Position numbers and translations under genes: made by a program | Shown here: positions 35,601-48,712 of the stretch, one piece after another | Layout of the letters: each line of letters opens with the position of its first letter | Position numbering within the stretch: position 1 is the stretch's first letter | Assembly: GCA_965655095.1 (NCBI GenBank) | Contig: OZ296649.1 | Span: 96,286,001 to 96,350,000 of the forward strand | DNA from: Haplodiscus bocki | Taxonomy: Eukaryota | Length of the DNA stretch: 64,000 nt | Reading direction: 5' to 3' | Notes under the pieces: model-generated | Told to the model about the DNA's origin: nothing | Databases searched by the model: none | What the model saw: only the letters and a program-made list of their open reading frames with translations

Positions 35601-38493
35601 ATAATTAAAAAAGTTCAAACTGCGGATGTTTACCCTGACTTACGTTATTTTGCCCTTTTTGGCACAATGTGACTGAAAAGAATGTGTGTTGAAAACCGAC
35701 TTTGGGTTAGTATTTTATCCTGTCCAAAACTTGAATTTTTGACGCTATCGGATTCTCCAGTCAACTAGTGTAAACGGCCAAAAAGGGCCCTTTTCGAAAC
35801 CTTTTTGCTGGTACTTGTTTATTTTCTTGTTCTGAATATACATTTTTTTGAAAATTGGTCTGGAAAATGAACAATAGTTTTCAAAAAAGTCATGTTTTAA
35901 ATAACAATGCTTTTAATATACCGTATGTCCTCAAAAAACGTTTCTTTTTGAGCTCCCAAAATGATTAATATTTGTCAAGAAGACATCGAAAATTTAAAAA
36001 ATTTAGAAGTTATTTTGTGACGTCTTGTTGACTAATATTGGCCATTTTGACAGATTGAAATCTTTACATGTAACGTTTTTTAGGACAACTAGTGTTGTTC
36101 ATTTTTGGCGTTGTTTACTGTGATAAGTTTATTGAACTGTGGTCCACAAAAAGCGAATCGAAGAAGAATTGATTGACATATTAACTTCTCGAGTATCGGA
36201 CATTGTGAAAGGTTCTTGTCTTATTTCGATTTTTTCAAATAACCTTTTGATAGACATCTGGTGTAGTGTTTCTGAAAGTATCAATCGTGTATCCGATTAA
36301 GATTCAAATATCTCTTGGGGTCTTTGATTTGTTCAAGATCTTCGATCTCAATTGACAATCAGAATGTGTTGCGAATCTCCGCTTCTCCTCTGTTTCGAGT
36401 TATACTTTTCAAATTATTTTAGTTTCATGTCTATTAAATATTTCTTTTGATAAAGTTGATTTTTTGACGTGAAATGTTTTCACGAAGTTCTGCCTCATCC
36501 TACAATTTCATCTACATTAGTAAAGAAATGGAACATCGTTTTCAAGGGCCAATATATCCATGGGGGTCATTTGTTTTTGTAATGACTTTAACTTAAGGGG
36601 AAAAATTGGGACAAAAAAATTATAACCACATTTTTTTTGGTTGAAAAATCGTCGCGAATTTTAGAAGTTTGTCAGAAAATTGCCAAAAGTTTTAAAATTT
36701 GTTTGGGAGACCCTTTGGTACAAAAGTCTTCAGTTCAAAGATTTTCGGTATATACTTTTCAAGAAGTTTTTTTAGTATTGCCAAAATTTTGAGGGAGTAA
36801 TGCCAAGTTTATAAAAAGATTTGCCTTCGCAGTTTGTAATAAAAATTCAAGATAAAGTTTTCCAACTCAATTTCTAATTTTCGATAATTTTCAATATTTT
36901 TCCCTGGTAATCTAATCTTTTAGTGCTAGAATTATCGGTGCACAAAATCTCTGTTAAAATTTTGCTGTCCATCTATTATTTGGCAAAAATTTTTGCAATG
37001 CTACTGCGCCTCTGGGGAATAACTATAGGTTTTATCCATATGAATGAAGTTCTCAACTATTACCGAAGCAATTTTTTTATAATGAACAATCACACAACGG
37101 GATTAAGAACTTCTATGTTATTATGCTTCATTTTGTATGGTATCAATGCATTTGTGACTGGAAAAATGGCAATCAACTTTGATGTTACTGTAAAGTGATA
37201 TCCCCAATGGTATCTCCCAAAACTGCTTCGTACCAACAGATCTTAAAATCAGAAATTGCATCGGCTTCTTTCTCCGGTACGCCTTACAGAGCTCAAAACA
37301 AAAAAAGTAAAAACACCCGAAATACCCCAATTTAAAATACCCTCCGTAATAATTATCCTTTGTAAAGTTCAAAAGATTTTCTCGTAACACAGTGGAACTG
37401 GGGATGAGTACTTCTCCAAGACAATTTACAACATGATTGACCGAACGGAAATGAGAGAGAATTGATGAATTCTGAAAATTAAACAGACGAGTTTGCATTG
37501 ATGATTATCTTGTCCCTTTCTCGTTCAATAGTTGCTTTGAACTTTAATAGTTGCTCGTTCAATAGTTTCAGAAGCTCCGCAGGGTCAGTACTGTACTGCT
37601 TTTGCCAGCATGCCACCTCCGCTGAAGTAGAAGTAGAAAAAAACAAGCCGGGAAAAGCCCAAGGCGGCGGCGGTTAGGCTCTGTTCACAGGAATGGTGAG
37701 CCTTTGATGTTTTTTGAAAGGTGTGAGAAACTTCCAAGGATGTTTGGCACAAAAAAGACGGGTGATCAATACTTTCAATCGAAAAAGATTGCTTCCGACT
37801 GTTGGAAAAGAGGGGACCGTTTGGTGTTTTGATTTGGAAACTTTATCTTTGACCTCAACTGACAAATCAGAATGTGTTGCGAAGTTCTGCTTCACCTACG
37901 TGTTGAACGTGTTCCAGATTATCTGAAGATTGACACAGAAATAGCGAAGACTTTCAGGGAGAGTTTTTTGTAGATTCTATATTTTCTCCAATTTTTAATT
38001 TCACCACTTTTTCGTTAATTGTTTCATTCACACGTGAACTGCAATTGAAAGTTATGTGTTTCTGAGATTTTGATTCTACATAGTCAAGAGGGCTTCCTGT
38101 CCTATGGTTCATGGTCGTTTGGTTCCGGATTACGTGTGAATGAAGCCCTTCCGGAAGACCTGTTGAATTTGAAATTTGGAAAGAAAACTTGAATCCTCAG
38201 AAAACCCTTGTATACCATTTCTGCTTTGGTTACTTGTTGACAAAACAGAAAAGAACACCACGACGAGGAAAACAACTGAGAAAAAAAACCGATCAACGCC
38301 CGACTGCATCTCAAAAACTTTATTTCACTATGGAGGGGACAGCTTTTGCCTTGCCTTGTAAAATTGGTTCCACCCCCGAAAGGTTTGAAGTACTCGGGAA
38401 AGTAGAGTTTACTGGCTCTTCGGTTTAATTTTTCATAAATTGATAAGTTGATCAAAATAGTTTAGCTATATCTGCGATGTAAACCATATATCT
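26643..38493 (+). repeat. Three near-identical 3,950-bp tandem units (starts ~26643, 30594, 34544)
   Basis: Identical ORF-track entries recur at +3950 (29023/32973/36923; 30202/34152/38102). I saw only a few SNPs, a 1-bp indel at ~27320, a diverged first ~55 bp in unit 1 and one substitution cluster at 37901-37950. Confidence 0.97.
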
Positions 38494-40015
38494 GAGCGAG
38501 TATTTCCAGACGGAGGTGACGTTCCGAATGCTACCAATGATAGGGGTGGTTTTCAAGCCAGCGCTGAAAGACCACGAATTAATATTTACAAGTGATGACA
38601 CCGTTGGATGTTCAGAGTTGATTAATCGGGTAGAAATCAGTGTCATATCGTAGCTATACTTAAATAACGGGGAACTTTTAATGAATACTTTTGTATCAAA
38701 CCTTGCCTTCTTTCAGTAACTGAAATATTTTTGAAATGATTGATGTCCGCATTTGCAAAAGCTCAGAAAAACGAACTCTAGCGTGACGGAATACGTTCTG
38801 TTTGGTTCTTAAAACTTTTTATTTCATGAATTAAGTGGACATGAGTCAATCGCAGTTGTCCCTGATGTTTTTGGTATGGTCACAGTGTGACTTCAAGTCA
38901 AAGTGTCCATTTTGAATTTTCTATTAATTACTAATTGCCAATTTCTTAGTTCCATTGAATGATCCATTGTAGAATAGCTTGATAAATTTATCACTTCAGT
39001 ATCATGCCATATCAGTATTTTCCCTTACCAAAATTTATCAATGGTGTATTATTATCACTTTATCTAAAAAACCTGAGCCCTGCAATTATAAGTTGAAGTG
39101 TTTGATTAATTGACTACAAAATATACATGGATGCCTTCAAAAATGGAATGAGATACTCGGGCAGTATTAGGTGCTTTTCCTGAATTTTTTTCATTTTTGC
39201 TGTTGAGATAAATCAGAATTTATGAAAATTCCTTAGCATTTGACTGAGTACTGATAAAATTTCGAAACCTTTTGGCTGGTACTTGTTTATTTTCGCGTTC
39301 TAAATAAACTATTTTTTAAATATTGGTCTGAAAAATGAACAATAGCTTTCAGAAAAGTCATATTTTAAATAACAATGCTTTGAATATACCGAAAAATGTT
39401 ATATTCTGAGCTCCCAAAATGGTTAATATTTGTCAACAAGACAGGCATTGGAGATTTTAAAAAATTAGAAGTTATTTTGTGATGCCTTGTCGACTACTAT
39501 CGGTCATTTTGACAGATCGAAATTTCTACATGTAACGTTTTTTAGGACAACTAGTGTTGTTCATTTTTGGCGTTGTTTACTATTTCTTGAGAGTGTCAAA
39601 CATTTATCCGATCAATATTCAAATGTCTCTCAGGACCTTTGATTTGGAAACCTTATCTTTGATCTCAACTGACAAGTCAGAATGTGTTGCGAAGTTCTGC
39701 TTCACCTACGTGTTGAACGTGTTCCAGATTATCTGAAGATTGACACAAAAATAGCGAAGACTTTCAGGGAGAGTTTTCAGTAGATTCTATATTTTCTCCA
39801 ATTTTTAATTTCACCACTTTTTCGTTAATTGTTTCATTCACACGTGAACTGCAATTGAAAGTTATGTGTTTCTGAGATTTTGATTCTACATAGTCAAGAG
39901 GGCTTCCTGTCCTATGGTTCATGGTCGTTTGGTTCCGGATTACGTGTGAATGAAGCCCTTCCGGTAGACCTGTTGAATTTGAAATTTGGAAAGAAAACTT
40001 GAATCCTCAGAAAAC
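38494..40015 (+). repeat. Fourth, diverged and internally deleted copy of the tandem unit
   Basis: Identical to units 2-3 until 38787, then visibly diverged. It lacks segments equivalent to ~27420-27890, ~28220-28370 and ~28430-29925, and resumes near-identity at ~39640-40015. Confidence 0.9.
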
Positions 40016-41418
40016 TCTCCTAAGAGTTTTCGCTATTGTGTGTTAATATTCAGATATACTGGAAAAAAATGAAAAAAGGGAAAAATTGGGGAAGTCAGGG
40101 GGTGAATGCGCAATGCGAAGTTTTTTTTCGTTTCAAATACGAAACCTAAAAGCTTCAATTTGACACAAAAATGAGTGAAACTGCTTTTCTTAACATCCAT
40201 ATTGTTCTAGATTAACGTTCAGAGACGTTGCAGTTGTAAAAAAGTGTGGATTGTTAGAACAGTGCCAGAACATGATGACTCGCGCAAAATTTTCTCTTCC
40301 AACAAAAAGCAGAGAATAGCTCAGAGGCTGAGAAATTTGCAATGCCTGTTCCAAGACTTGTTCAGATTATTGATTTTAGTTACCTCAACTGACACAAAAA
40401 TGAGCATTTTCGAAGCTCAAAAGCGCAAAAACCAAGTTCCAGAATTATGTCATAAAAACAGACTTCAGGAATTTTGCTGAGGTCGAGTTTTCAATCGAAA
40501 TTAAAATTTTGGCACCTCAATTATTCAGGGCCTGAATCAAAATATTTCGAGACGTTAAGCGATAGCTTAAGATCTATTTATTTAACTGTCGTTATGTCTG
40601 ATATCTCGGAAGCAGCGTTGCAGCAAATGACGGATAAAGCGACGGAGAGCGGATGAGCAAAATTTGGATCGAGCAGCATAGTTCATGCTTACATTTTGCG
40701 AATTCTCAGATGTGAATGATCATTTTACTAATTCGTAGCTGGCTTGATGCCTAGTGTTTGGGATTTCCTTCACAAAATGAATGTGTGAAAAACCCGACAG
40801 AAAGTTGAGGTTTTCTACACTTGTGCCAACGGAATACTAGTGAACAAATCGACTAAATGTATTTGATTTCTGAAGGATGCGACGATACTATTGATAACAA
40901 CTGTTCAGAAACGCAGTTAATTCGTGTACATTTATATAGAAGAAATGCTAAAAAGCTTCCTTCGCTGATATCCTGAATAAAAACTACTCCAGCGATAATA
41001 GCACGTTGGGTAGAGCATGCCATTGCGGCGCAAACGGTCCCCAGTCTCAAACCTATGACACTACCGCCTCGTTGGTCACAATTACGGAACGTGTCAGTTT
41101 TGTATCGAGAAAAAAAATACAAGACAGCACTTGGTTGCTAAAGCTTGAAAAAACCACTTTCGGGAGCACAAATAGCAACTTAGGTGAGTTATAATAAGGT
41201 ATGGTGATAACAGTGTCCAATAAAGACGAACACTAAATAGATGACTTCTCGCAAAATTGTTAATACAAGTATTTTGATTCCAAGCTATCAAATTGGCCGT
41301 ACAGTCTTTCGTCTTTGGTTACTTGAAGTTTTCTTGAAAAACTGTATAACTGTTCAAAATGGGAAAAACTACAATAACTATAGATTTTGCGAGCTTTTGT
41401 ACTTCAAAAGCCTCTCAA

Positions 41419-41522
41419 AAAGACCCTCAAAAAGCACTGTGGCTTTCCGATATTTTCAATTAAAGCAGTGAAAGACCCTCAAAAAGCACTGTGGCTTTCC
41501 GATATTTTCAATTAAAGCAGTG
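41419..41522. repeat. Perfect 52-bp tandem duplication
   Basis: AAAGACCCTCAAAAAGCACTGTGGCTTTCCGATATTTTCAATTAAAGCAGTG x2. Confidence 0.95.
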
Positions 41523-41982
41523 AAAAAGTGATTCATGAATGATACATAAGATATATTTCTCAGAGTTCTATTTTTGACAAAATAGAAAGTTGCCGATTGA
41601 AACCTTATCGAATGAATTCAAACTGGTAGTCAATATAACTTTGAGTTTGGATAAAAATCAATCATTTGCACTTTTTGGGTTTTTTTGTTTCATCACTACT
41701 TTGATGCTTGTCAGAAAGTCAAGGATTTTGAATTGAAGAATCTTTTGGAGATGGCTGCCAAGTATTATGTTCATGGACGACTTCGAGCCTGTAATTTGGG
41801 AAAGACTGGAGTTTGAGCATCAAGATTTCTCAAATTTGAAAGCTTTTCGGATATTTGCGGCGTATCAGAAATTTGACCGAAGGAAACGGTTTGAAAAGTT
41901 TCCATGTGAGTAGTCCTCCACAAGTAAAAGCTGTCATGAAGACGTTGATCGGAGAAAAGAAACTGGTAGTGATGAAATATGG

Positions 41983-42043
41983 GTCCGAATATCAAAATAA
42001 GTCTAAATGAAGAATTATGAGTCCGAATATCAAAATAAGTCTA
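41983..42043. repeat. 23-bp direct repeat, 38-bp period
   Basis: GTCCGAATATCAAAATAAGTCTA at 41983 and 42021. Confidence 0.85.
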
Positions 42044-45000
42044 CTGACTAAAACTTTGAGAATTTTTTGGTATTTTTAACTATCCAGTTTCCAGTTTAAA
42101 GTACAAGCCAAATAACCGTTAAGTGGAAAGTTTCTCTACAAGCCAAGAAAGGTCCAATGAGGACTTATGAAAAAAGTCAATGCTTCAGTCTGAGAGAATG
42201 ATCAATTTGAATATCGGTTCTTATCATAACTAATGACACATCCTGTCCATTTGGGCTTCTCTGGTTTTCAATTCACTTTACAAAACCGACGTTTTCTGCA
42301 AATAAATAGTCATTGAAAAATTGGAGGCTGTCAATTGATGCTTTTATGCGAAAATAGTGCCTGTATTTTGGACATTCATGAAATTTATATCGAAAAACGT
42401 AGAAACATTTATCACCTTTGGACTTTTTGGATTGTCGGCGTTCTCACGCAGAGAAAAAACACTGAAGTTTCAATTGATTTTTCCTTAACAAGGTAGGAAG
42501 CTGTAGATTGAGATTTTGATTAAAGAAACCAGGCAAGTTTTAATGGAAAAATATGGGTCCGAATTTCGAAATCTATCGATATTTATGAGACTTCTGCAGT
42601 TTCGGCTTTTCAAGATTCAAAGACACAGAAAAAATTACATGGCTTTTTCGACCAAAACTTTTTTTAAAAAAAAGATTTCTTGCTTGATGTTTTGGTGGAA
42701 GAAATCAGGACTGTTATTTGGGTGAAAAATGAGTTCAAATTTTGAGAAATGACAGTACTTATTCTTTTTTGTATTTTTGACCTATCAAGAATCCTAGACA
42801 GACAAAAAAACAGTTGACGGAATAATTCAAGCTCTTTTTTGCGAGTACACGACTGTAAACTGAATCTTTATTGGATACATAAAAAAATTGGTTACGGCAG
42901 ATAAAGAGTTTAGATATCGCTGGAACTCCTTGCTAATCGAAGTTTTAGGACTTTTAGGCCTATCAGGCGTTTGATGTATTGAAAAAAGTTGTTGATTCCA
43001 ACAGTGGTCTTCTCTTAAAATTGTAAAACCGGTTATTGAGAATTTATTGCAAGAAATCCAGTCGTTGATTAATGCGAAAAAATACATGTGTATAGCAAAA
43101 ACTTTTTTGTCCTATTTTCCGCATTTTCGGTTTATGAAGTCTTTGATGCAGGACGCAAATTTGGTAATTACCTAATTGCAAATGCTTCTTTAGGGAGAAG
43201 ACTTTTCGATGTCGAACCTATTGAATATAACCCAGCTTGTAAAAATGGCAAAAACTTAACTTCATTATCTCTCAAATCCAAAACCAATAGCATTTTTGAA
43301 ATTTTTGGCCAATCAGACTTCCAATACAAAAAACAATAGTGGCAATGACTAGGTTGAATATGCTTCTACAATTAGAAAATGAAAATGTAAAGATACAAGT
43401 GTTGTAAATGCTCATGTGGAAAAGCTTCTTGATATAGAAAACTGTAGACTGAAACTTTCTCCGATGTATATTTAGCGGTAGTCATGGTGAAGGAAGGAAT
43501 GAAATCCTGCCTAAAAATAATCTTGGTAGCATTTTTTGGCAGTTTTGGCAAATCAAGATTCCGGAGCTGAACGGAAAATTGGTAATTAATGTCCCAAACA
43601 AAAAAACTTTCTAGATGAATGATACGGCTGATTGTATTTTCAGAGAGACAGTCGACCTGATCATTATGACGAGAATTGAGATCGAATGTTACGGAAGATC
43701 AATAATGACAGCCGTTTTTGGCATTCCCGGCCTATCAAGATGCGGATTATGGTTTGCGTCGCTTTAGGCTGGTTAAAAGAAAGTTGATGAAGAAGGACAG
43801 GTTTCTATACTCAGAAAAACATGATTTGTTTTTCTAAATAGTTTCAAGAAAAGTTAATAGAGTTTCGCCAAATTTCAAACAAGTTAAGAATTTTGGGAAT
43901 TTTTTTGAAAAAAGAACAAATTGTTCCAGCGGTGATTTCTAAACCAAACAAAAAACCATTTGACCAGTTTTTTTATTGTTCTCTCAGAAATTGAGAATTT
44001 TCGTTGGAAACTGTCGAAAAGTACCTAAATTGTGTGAAAGAACCGGTTTGGACATGGATTTGAACCTACCACCCTTGGCTAGTTAACCAGGTTGAATTCC
44101 ACGCTTTTGTACTATGCAAAGAGCCGAAACTACACGCTTGCAGTCTGCTTGTTATATAAATAAACTATTTAAAGTCTGCGAGAACTAACTAAAGTCTGTG
44201 TGTCATGGGTTATTTCCGGTAAAAGGAACAAAAACTCCAGTACTGAATTGAATGTGTTCCTTTCGAATATTTTTCGACGGTAATTAACAAACTGAGAATT
44301 AGGGATTTTAGGAGTGTCAATAGAAAAAACCCATTGAATTGGAGCGCAAATGAGGGAAGCAAATTTAAACAAAGTATACGTTAAGCAAAAGCACGGGAAA
44401 GGACGTTTGAAAATTGCCTAATTGTGAAAATTCCAATTTTGTTTGTAACATTTTTTTATCAATAAATGTCTTCATCGAATCAATTCAATGATAGTAATGT
44501 GAAATAATGTTCTATGCTGGAGAACTGGTAAGTACTTTGAATATTGGGTCATTAGCGCCTTCCGCGGTTAAAAAGCCAACTGTTCAAACGGTCAAAATTA
44601 TTCAACTGGCCAGAAATTCGATAACCGATGAAATAGAAAATGCTATTCAGCATCACCTAAGGATTATTCTTTACCTACTCACTGAGCTACATTGATTTAA
44701 TTAATATCTTTTAGCAAGCCAAGAATGGCCAAAATCGGCTTCGCCTGTATTCGTATGGCTTTAAGTACTCATAAGTTCATTTTGGAGGTTTAAAAATTGT
44801 CTTTTGGTATAAAGCGTAAAGAAGATCGAACCTCGGCCTGTCGGTTCGTTAGATTTTATACGGGGACATGAAGAAAAAAATTTGGAACAAAGATCCACTT
44901 TTTTTCGAAAATAAATAGATTGTTGGTATAGTTTCTGGTATAAAATTGTGAAATTTTTGGTTTATAATGTCAAAAAACATAGTCTATGCTGAGATTCGTG

Positions 45001-45524
45001 TCCGCTACCTATCGATTTCTTAATTTTTTAAAAAAGATGATTGCGAAAAAATTTTGGAATGAAGATCCAATTTTTTTTTTCGAAAATAGGTAGATTTTTC
45101 GAGAATAGTAGAAATGTATTTATTGCAGAACTTGGACGGTGACAGGACCTCTGTTCTTGAAAATTTTCCCGTGTTTGCTTTCGTAAAAATTCCAATATAT
45201 GCAAAAGGAGTATCATGAACTTCTTCAATCCTATTCGATTCTATTAGTATTGAAAATTGAAAGATATGATACAATTTGGAGCGAAAAAAACAATAAATTG
45301 TCAGAAAAAATGAAAATCTACAAAAAATGGATCGATTCGAAGAAAGATCTGTTGTCCTATGAAAAAAAGTAACTAATTGTCAGCCTCTTTATTTCATAAA
45401 GCGCCGACTAAAAACCGCGTCGATAAGAATTGATGACACTGCACAGAGTTACATTGTCACAGCCTATTACACCTTGCCTTGTTTTTTATCACAAGATGTT
45501 TGTTCAAGCTTGTTGCGAAATAAA

Positions 45525-47450
45525 ATGGGGAGAGGAAGCTGGATTTGGCAGCCTTTGAAACAAAATAATTTGACAAACCTCTTAAATGCACAGTATGCAA
45601 GCGGCGTTTTGTTATAACAGGGGAAAAAGGGACACTTATTTACCACCTTAAAAGTTCGCATTCTCACTGTAATTCCCCCTCCTAGTGGAGTAACAAACGT
45701 GATTCTTCTGGAAGAAAACTTCAATTTAAAAGATTCCAGCCGCAGTTATCATTTTTTCCACAATGGGAGACAATGGTCCACCACAAGGGCACTGCCCATA
45801 AAGCTTCGTTGCTTGTGAATAAAATTTCGCTGACTTATAGCCACCTAATATTATTGAGGATAGGGGAATCAGAGATATAATGGCTTTTTGTGAGCCAAAT
45901 TATCAAGTGCCACCAGGACCAGGACCACAATGCATTTCCATATCATGAAGCGTTAAACAGTAGGCAGAACGAAGCTGATTGGCAAAAATATCAACTTTGG
46001 AAACCAACTTTGGTCGCATGTGGTACATGAACAAATTCAGAGCAGTTGAGGTTTTTCTTCATAATGCTTCATTAAGTGGATGGAAACTTCAAATTGCATG
46101 TGTACAACCTTCCTTACCCAATGCTCATCAGAAAACTTACAGGAGCACACTAGCATTACCTTTGGATACCGAATTGAGGAAATGAGGAGGGCTGAACTTT
46201 CAACTTTTTGTGTACTACATGATGCTGTTGCAGATATTATTCGTGCTCTCAGACTGACCGAACGCAACATATACGAAATGGGATGCATTGCCCGTCTTCT
46301 AAATCTTACCATCAAAGATTCCAGCGAAATGTGCACTGACATACGCGGCTGTCTCTCTAAAGTTCGCAACTGCGTTGTGAAAAGTGAAAAGTCAGGGTGA
46401 AGTGTGCTCAAAATTCGACGCATCAGATAAGAAATTCTTCTTGAAAAACGAAATTGCCAAGTTAGTTGTGATGTGCTGACCAGATGGATTTTAGCCTTAA
46501 TGATGTTGCCCTCGGTTTTGTCGCTTAATTTGCCATTCATTGTTAGAGCTCAGAAACCCTTTTTTTAAAAACGTAAACGATAAAATTAAATGAGTTTTAC
46601 TGGCAGCGAATAAACTTTGGATTATGCTGTAACAGAGTTGCGAGACTTGAAACCAGCTACAGATACAGACTTGATACCAGCTACATTTATATGGCAGACT
46701 GATCATTTCTTTCTGTTTCTGGGATACAACCCGTCCTCTTCCACGTGGCGAAGAGGTTGAAAGTCATTGAACGCAAACCAGAAGATAGCATGATTTGCAG
46801 TCAAACTCCCATTAGGACTTTTACCGATCTCTTTTCTATGAACGGTGACACACTCTGTGAGATGAGCGTACCTGTTTTTCCTTGCTTTTTGGTTCAAAAA
46901 GTGTTGATCGAAATCACTTCAAAAAACTTTAACAAAAATGCCTAAACTTTTGCTAGGATGCAATTGTGAAAGACAAGAGCCCTTGCATTTGCATTTTAGT
47001 CACGTTCATACAATCCGATTTCCAATGTGAGAAAGCACCGAATGCATTATCAGTTAATAACAGCTGGTAATAAAGACCATTTTTGAAGAAACCCAATGGG
47101 TAGATTTGTAGAACATATCTTTGAACATTCTAAAAAATCCTGTTTGATTGCAGCTTTCGGCATTTGCCTGTCAGGTGTCCGATGTCGGAAACAAAGTCGA
47201 ACAAACCAATGCAGAGTAAATTCTTACAAATGACGAGCTGTCGATTGATGACTTGATGAAGAAAAGCCACAGAGCTATTTCGGAAAAATGTTAGTTGGCA
47301 AATCAAGAAAATCATACGCATGTGCCCTTTTTGGGAACGTACGCTTACTAGTTTTGCGGCCCAAAGAACGCAACCAAGAACATGTTTTTCGCAAGAACTT
47401 CGAAAATGGAAAACTGTCGATTGTAAGAAAATCAACTTGTAGTTTAGGAA
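45525..47450 (+). pseudogene. Decayed hAT-superfamily transposase with N-terminal BED zinc finger
   Basis: MGRGSWIWQ, then after a frameshift KCTVCK...GTLIYHLKSSH (BED finger). SGWKLQIACV. FCVLHDAVADIIRALRL...GCIARLLNLTIKD (TDNAAN and CxxHxLNL motifs, ORF 46080-46400). DVLTRWILALMML (DVxTRWNS motif, ~46470-46510). Many stops and frameshifts; TIRs not identified. Confidence 0.8.
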
Positions 47451-48535
47451 AGAAATGGGTTTGAGTATCAAGAACAATCATACATGTATGCAATTTTTCT
47501 CATTTTCATCTCAACAGGTTTCCCGTGCAAGGATCAGAAGACGAACAGTTTTTACCCAACAGTTTTTTTCATTTTTCGACCCGCCAAGTTTCCGACGCAA
47601 GGAACGTAAATCAAGATAAATTGTTATTGAATGCCCGTTTAAAATTAGAAATCTGCCGTTTCAGACCTTTATTTAAACATTCTGGCACGTACTCTAGAAT
47701 CAAAGTGACTTTGAATTTCCAAAATAATGAACACCGCTGGTTATTTGGCCTTGTCTGTCTAGGGGGATTTAAAAACGCCGTGTTCCAAAAAAACTCTTCC
47801 GAGTTGCTTTCTTGGATGTATTTGGTGGAAAAATAAATGAACAGTACACAGAAGCTAGAAAGAGTTTCGTAGCATTTCAAAATTTTACTTTGAAAAACTT
47901 TTCTCGAATTGAAAATATAGTTTTTGGGAATTTTGAAAAACATTGGATGTGAAAAAAAGTTCCGATTTTCCTTCATAAACCTATTAACAAATGAGTTCCT
48001 ACATTTCCATACTGAAAAGGGACATTTTCTGATTAAAAGAGAATGTTTTGTCAAAAAAGCGGGAAGGATATTGAACAGACTTTCACTTTGGGACAAAGTT
48101 CATCCCAAAATCTATAAATATTTCTGGGAAATAAATTTGTTATGTAAAAGGCTTTAAAACCTCTGCCTGTGAACTACCTAAATGCGATGGAAGAGCGTAT
48201 GTGAAATGTACGAGACGCTAAAAATTCTCCGACGTTATGTCACTGTGGCATTGGCAAATTCTCGAAGAGGAGAAGAAACTTATTAATGAATTGCATATAT
48301 TCTTTACGGAATTTCTTTCGACGAAAATTTAAAAAAATTCAACGAAAAATATTAATTATGGCCGGAGTAGTCTCAAATCGAAGGACTGAAACTTAAAAAT
48401 TTGGGTAAAAACTAGAAGTCGAAGCCATACTTATCGTTTTAGAACCTTCTTTTCATACCTGCTGTACTGTATAATTTTTGACGTGTTCCAACAAAAACTT
48501 CGGAGACTAAAGGCAACAAAAACTCTTGCTAAGGC

Positions 48536-48577
<42 letters not shown>
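48536..48577. repeat. (GA)n microsatellite
   Basis: About 20 GA units with one interruption. Confidence 0.95.
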
Positions 48578-48582
<5 letters not shown>

Positions 48583-48712
48583 CGACGGAAAGAACCCCCT
48601 TAACACGAATGTTTTTTTTATGGATGTTCAATGAAGCGTTATGTGTTCCAGCTAAAGTATAATCTCTCCTCAAGAAATCCCAAAAACTCCTTTCTTTTTA
48701 CCTAAGGAAAGC

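Noticed and set aside
41419-42043. Short direct repeats as a CRISPR array
   Set aside because: Only two copies each, no series of unique spacers, no cas genes, eukaryotic context.
46037-46540. 167-aa minus-strand ORF as a gene
   Set aside because: It is the antisense shadow of the hAT transposase relic.
47611-48096. 161-aa minus-strand ORF
   Set aside because: F/K/N-rich composition typical of AT-rich non-coding DNA, with no motif.
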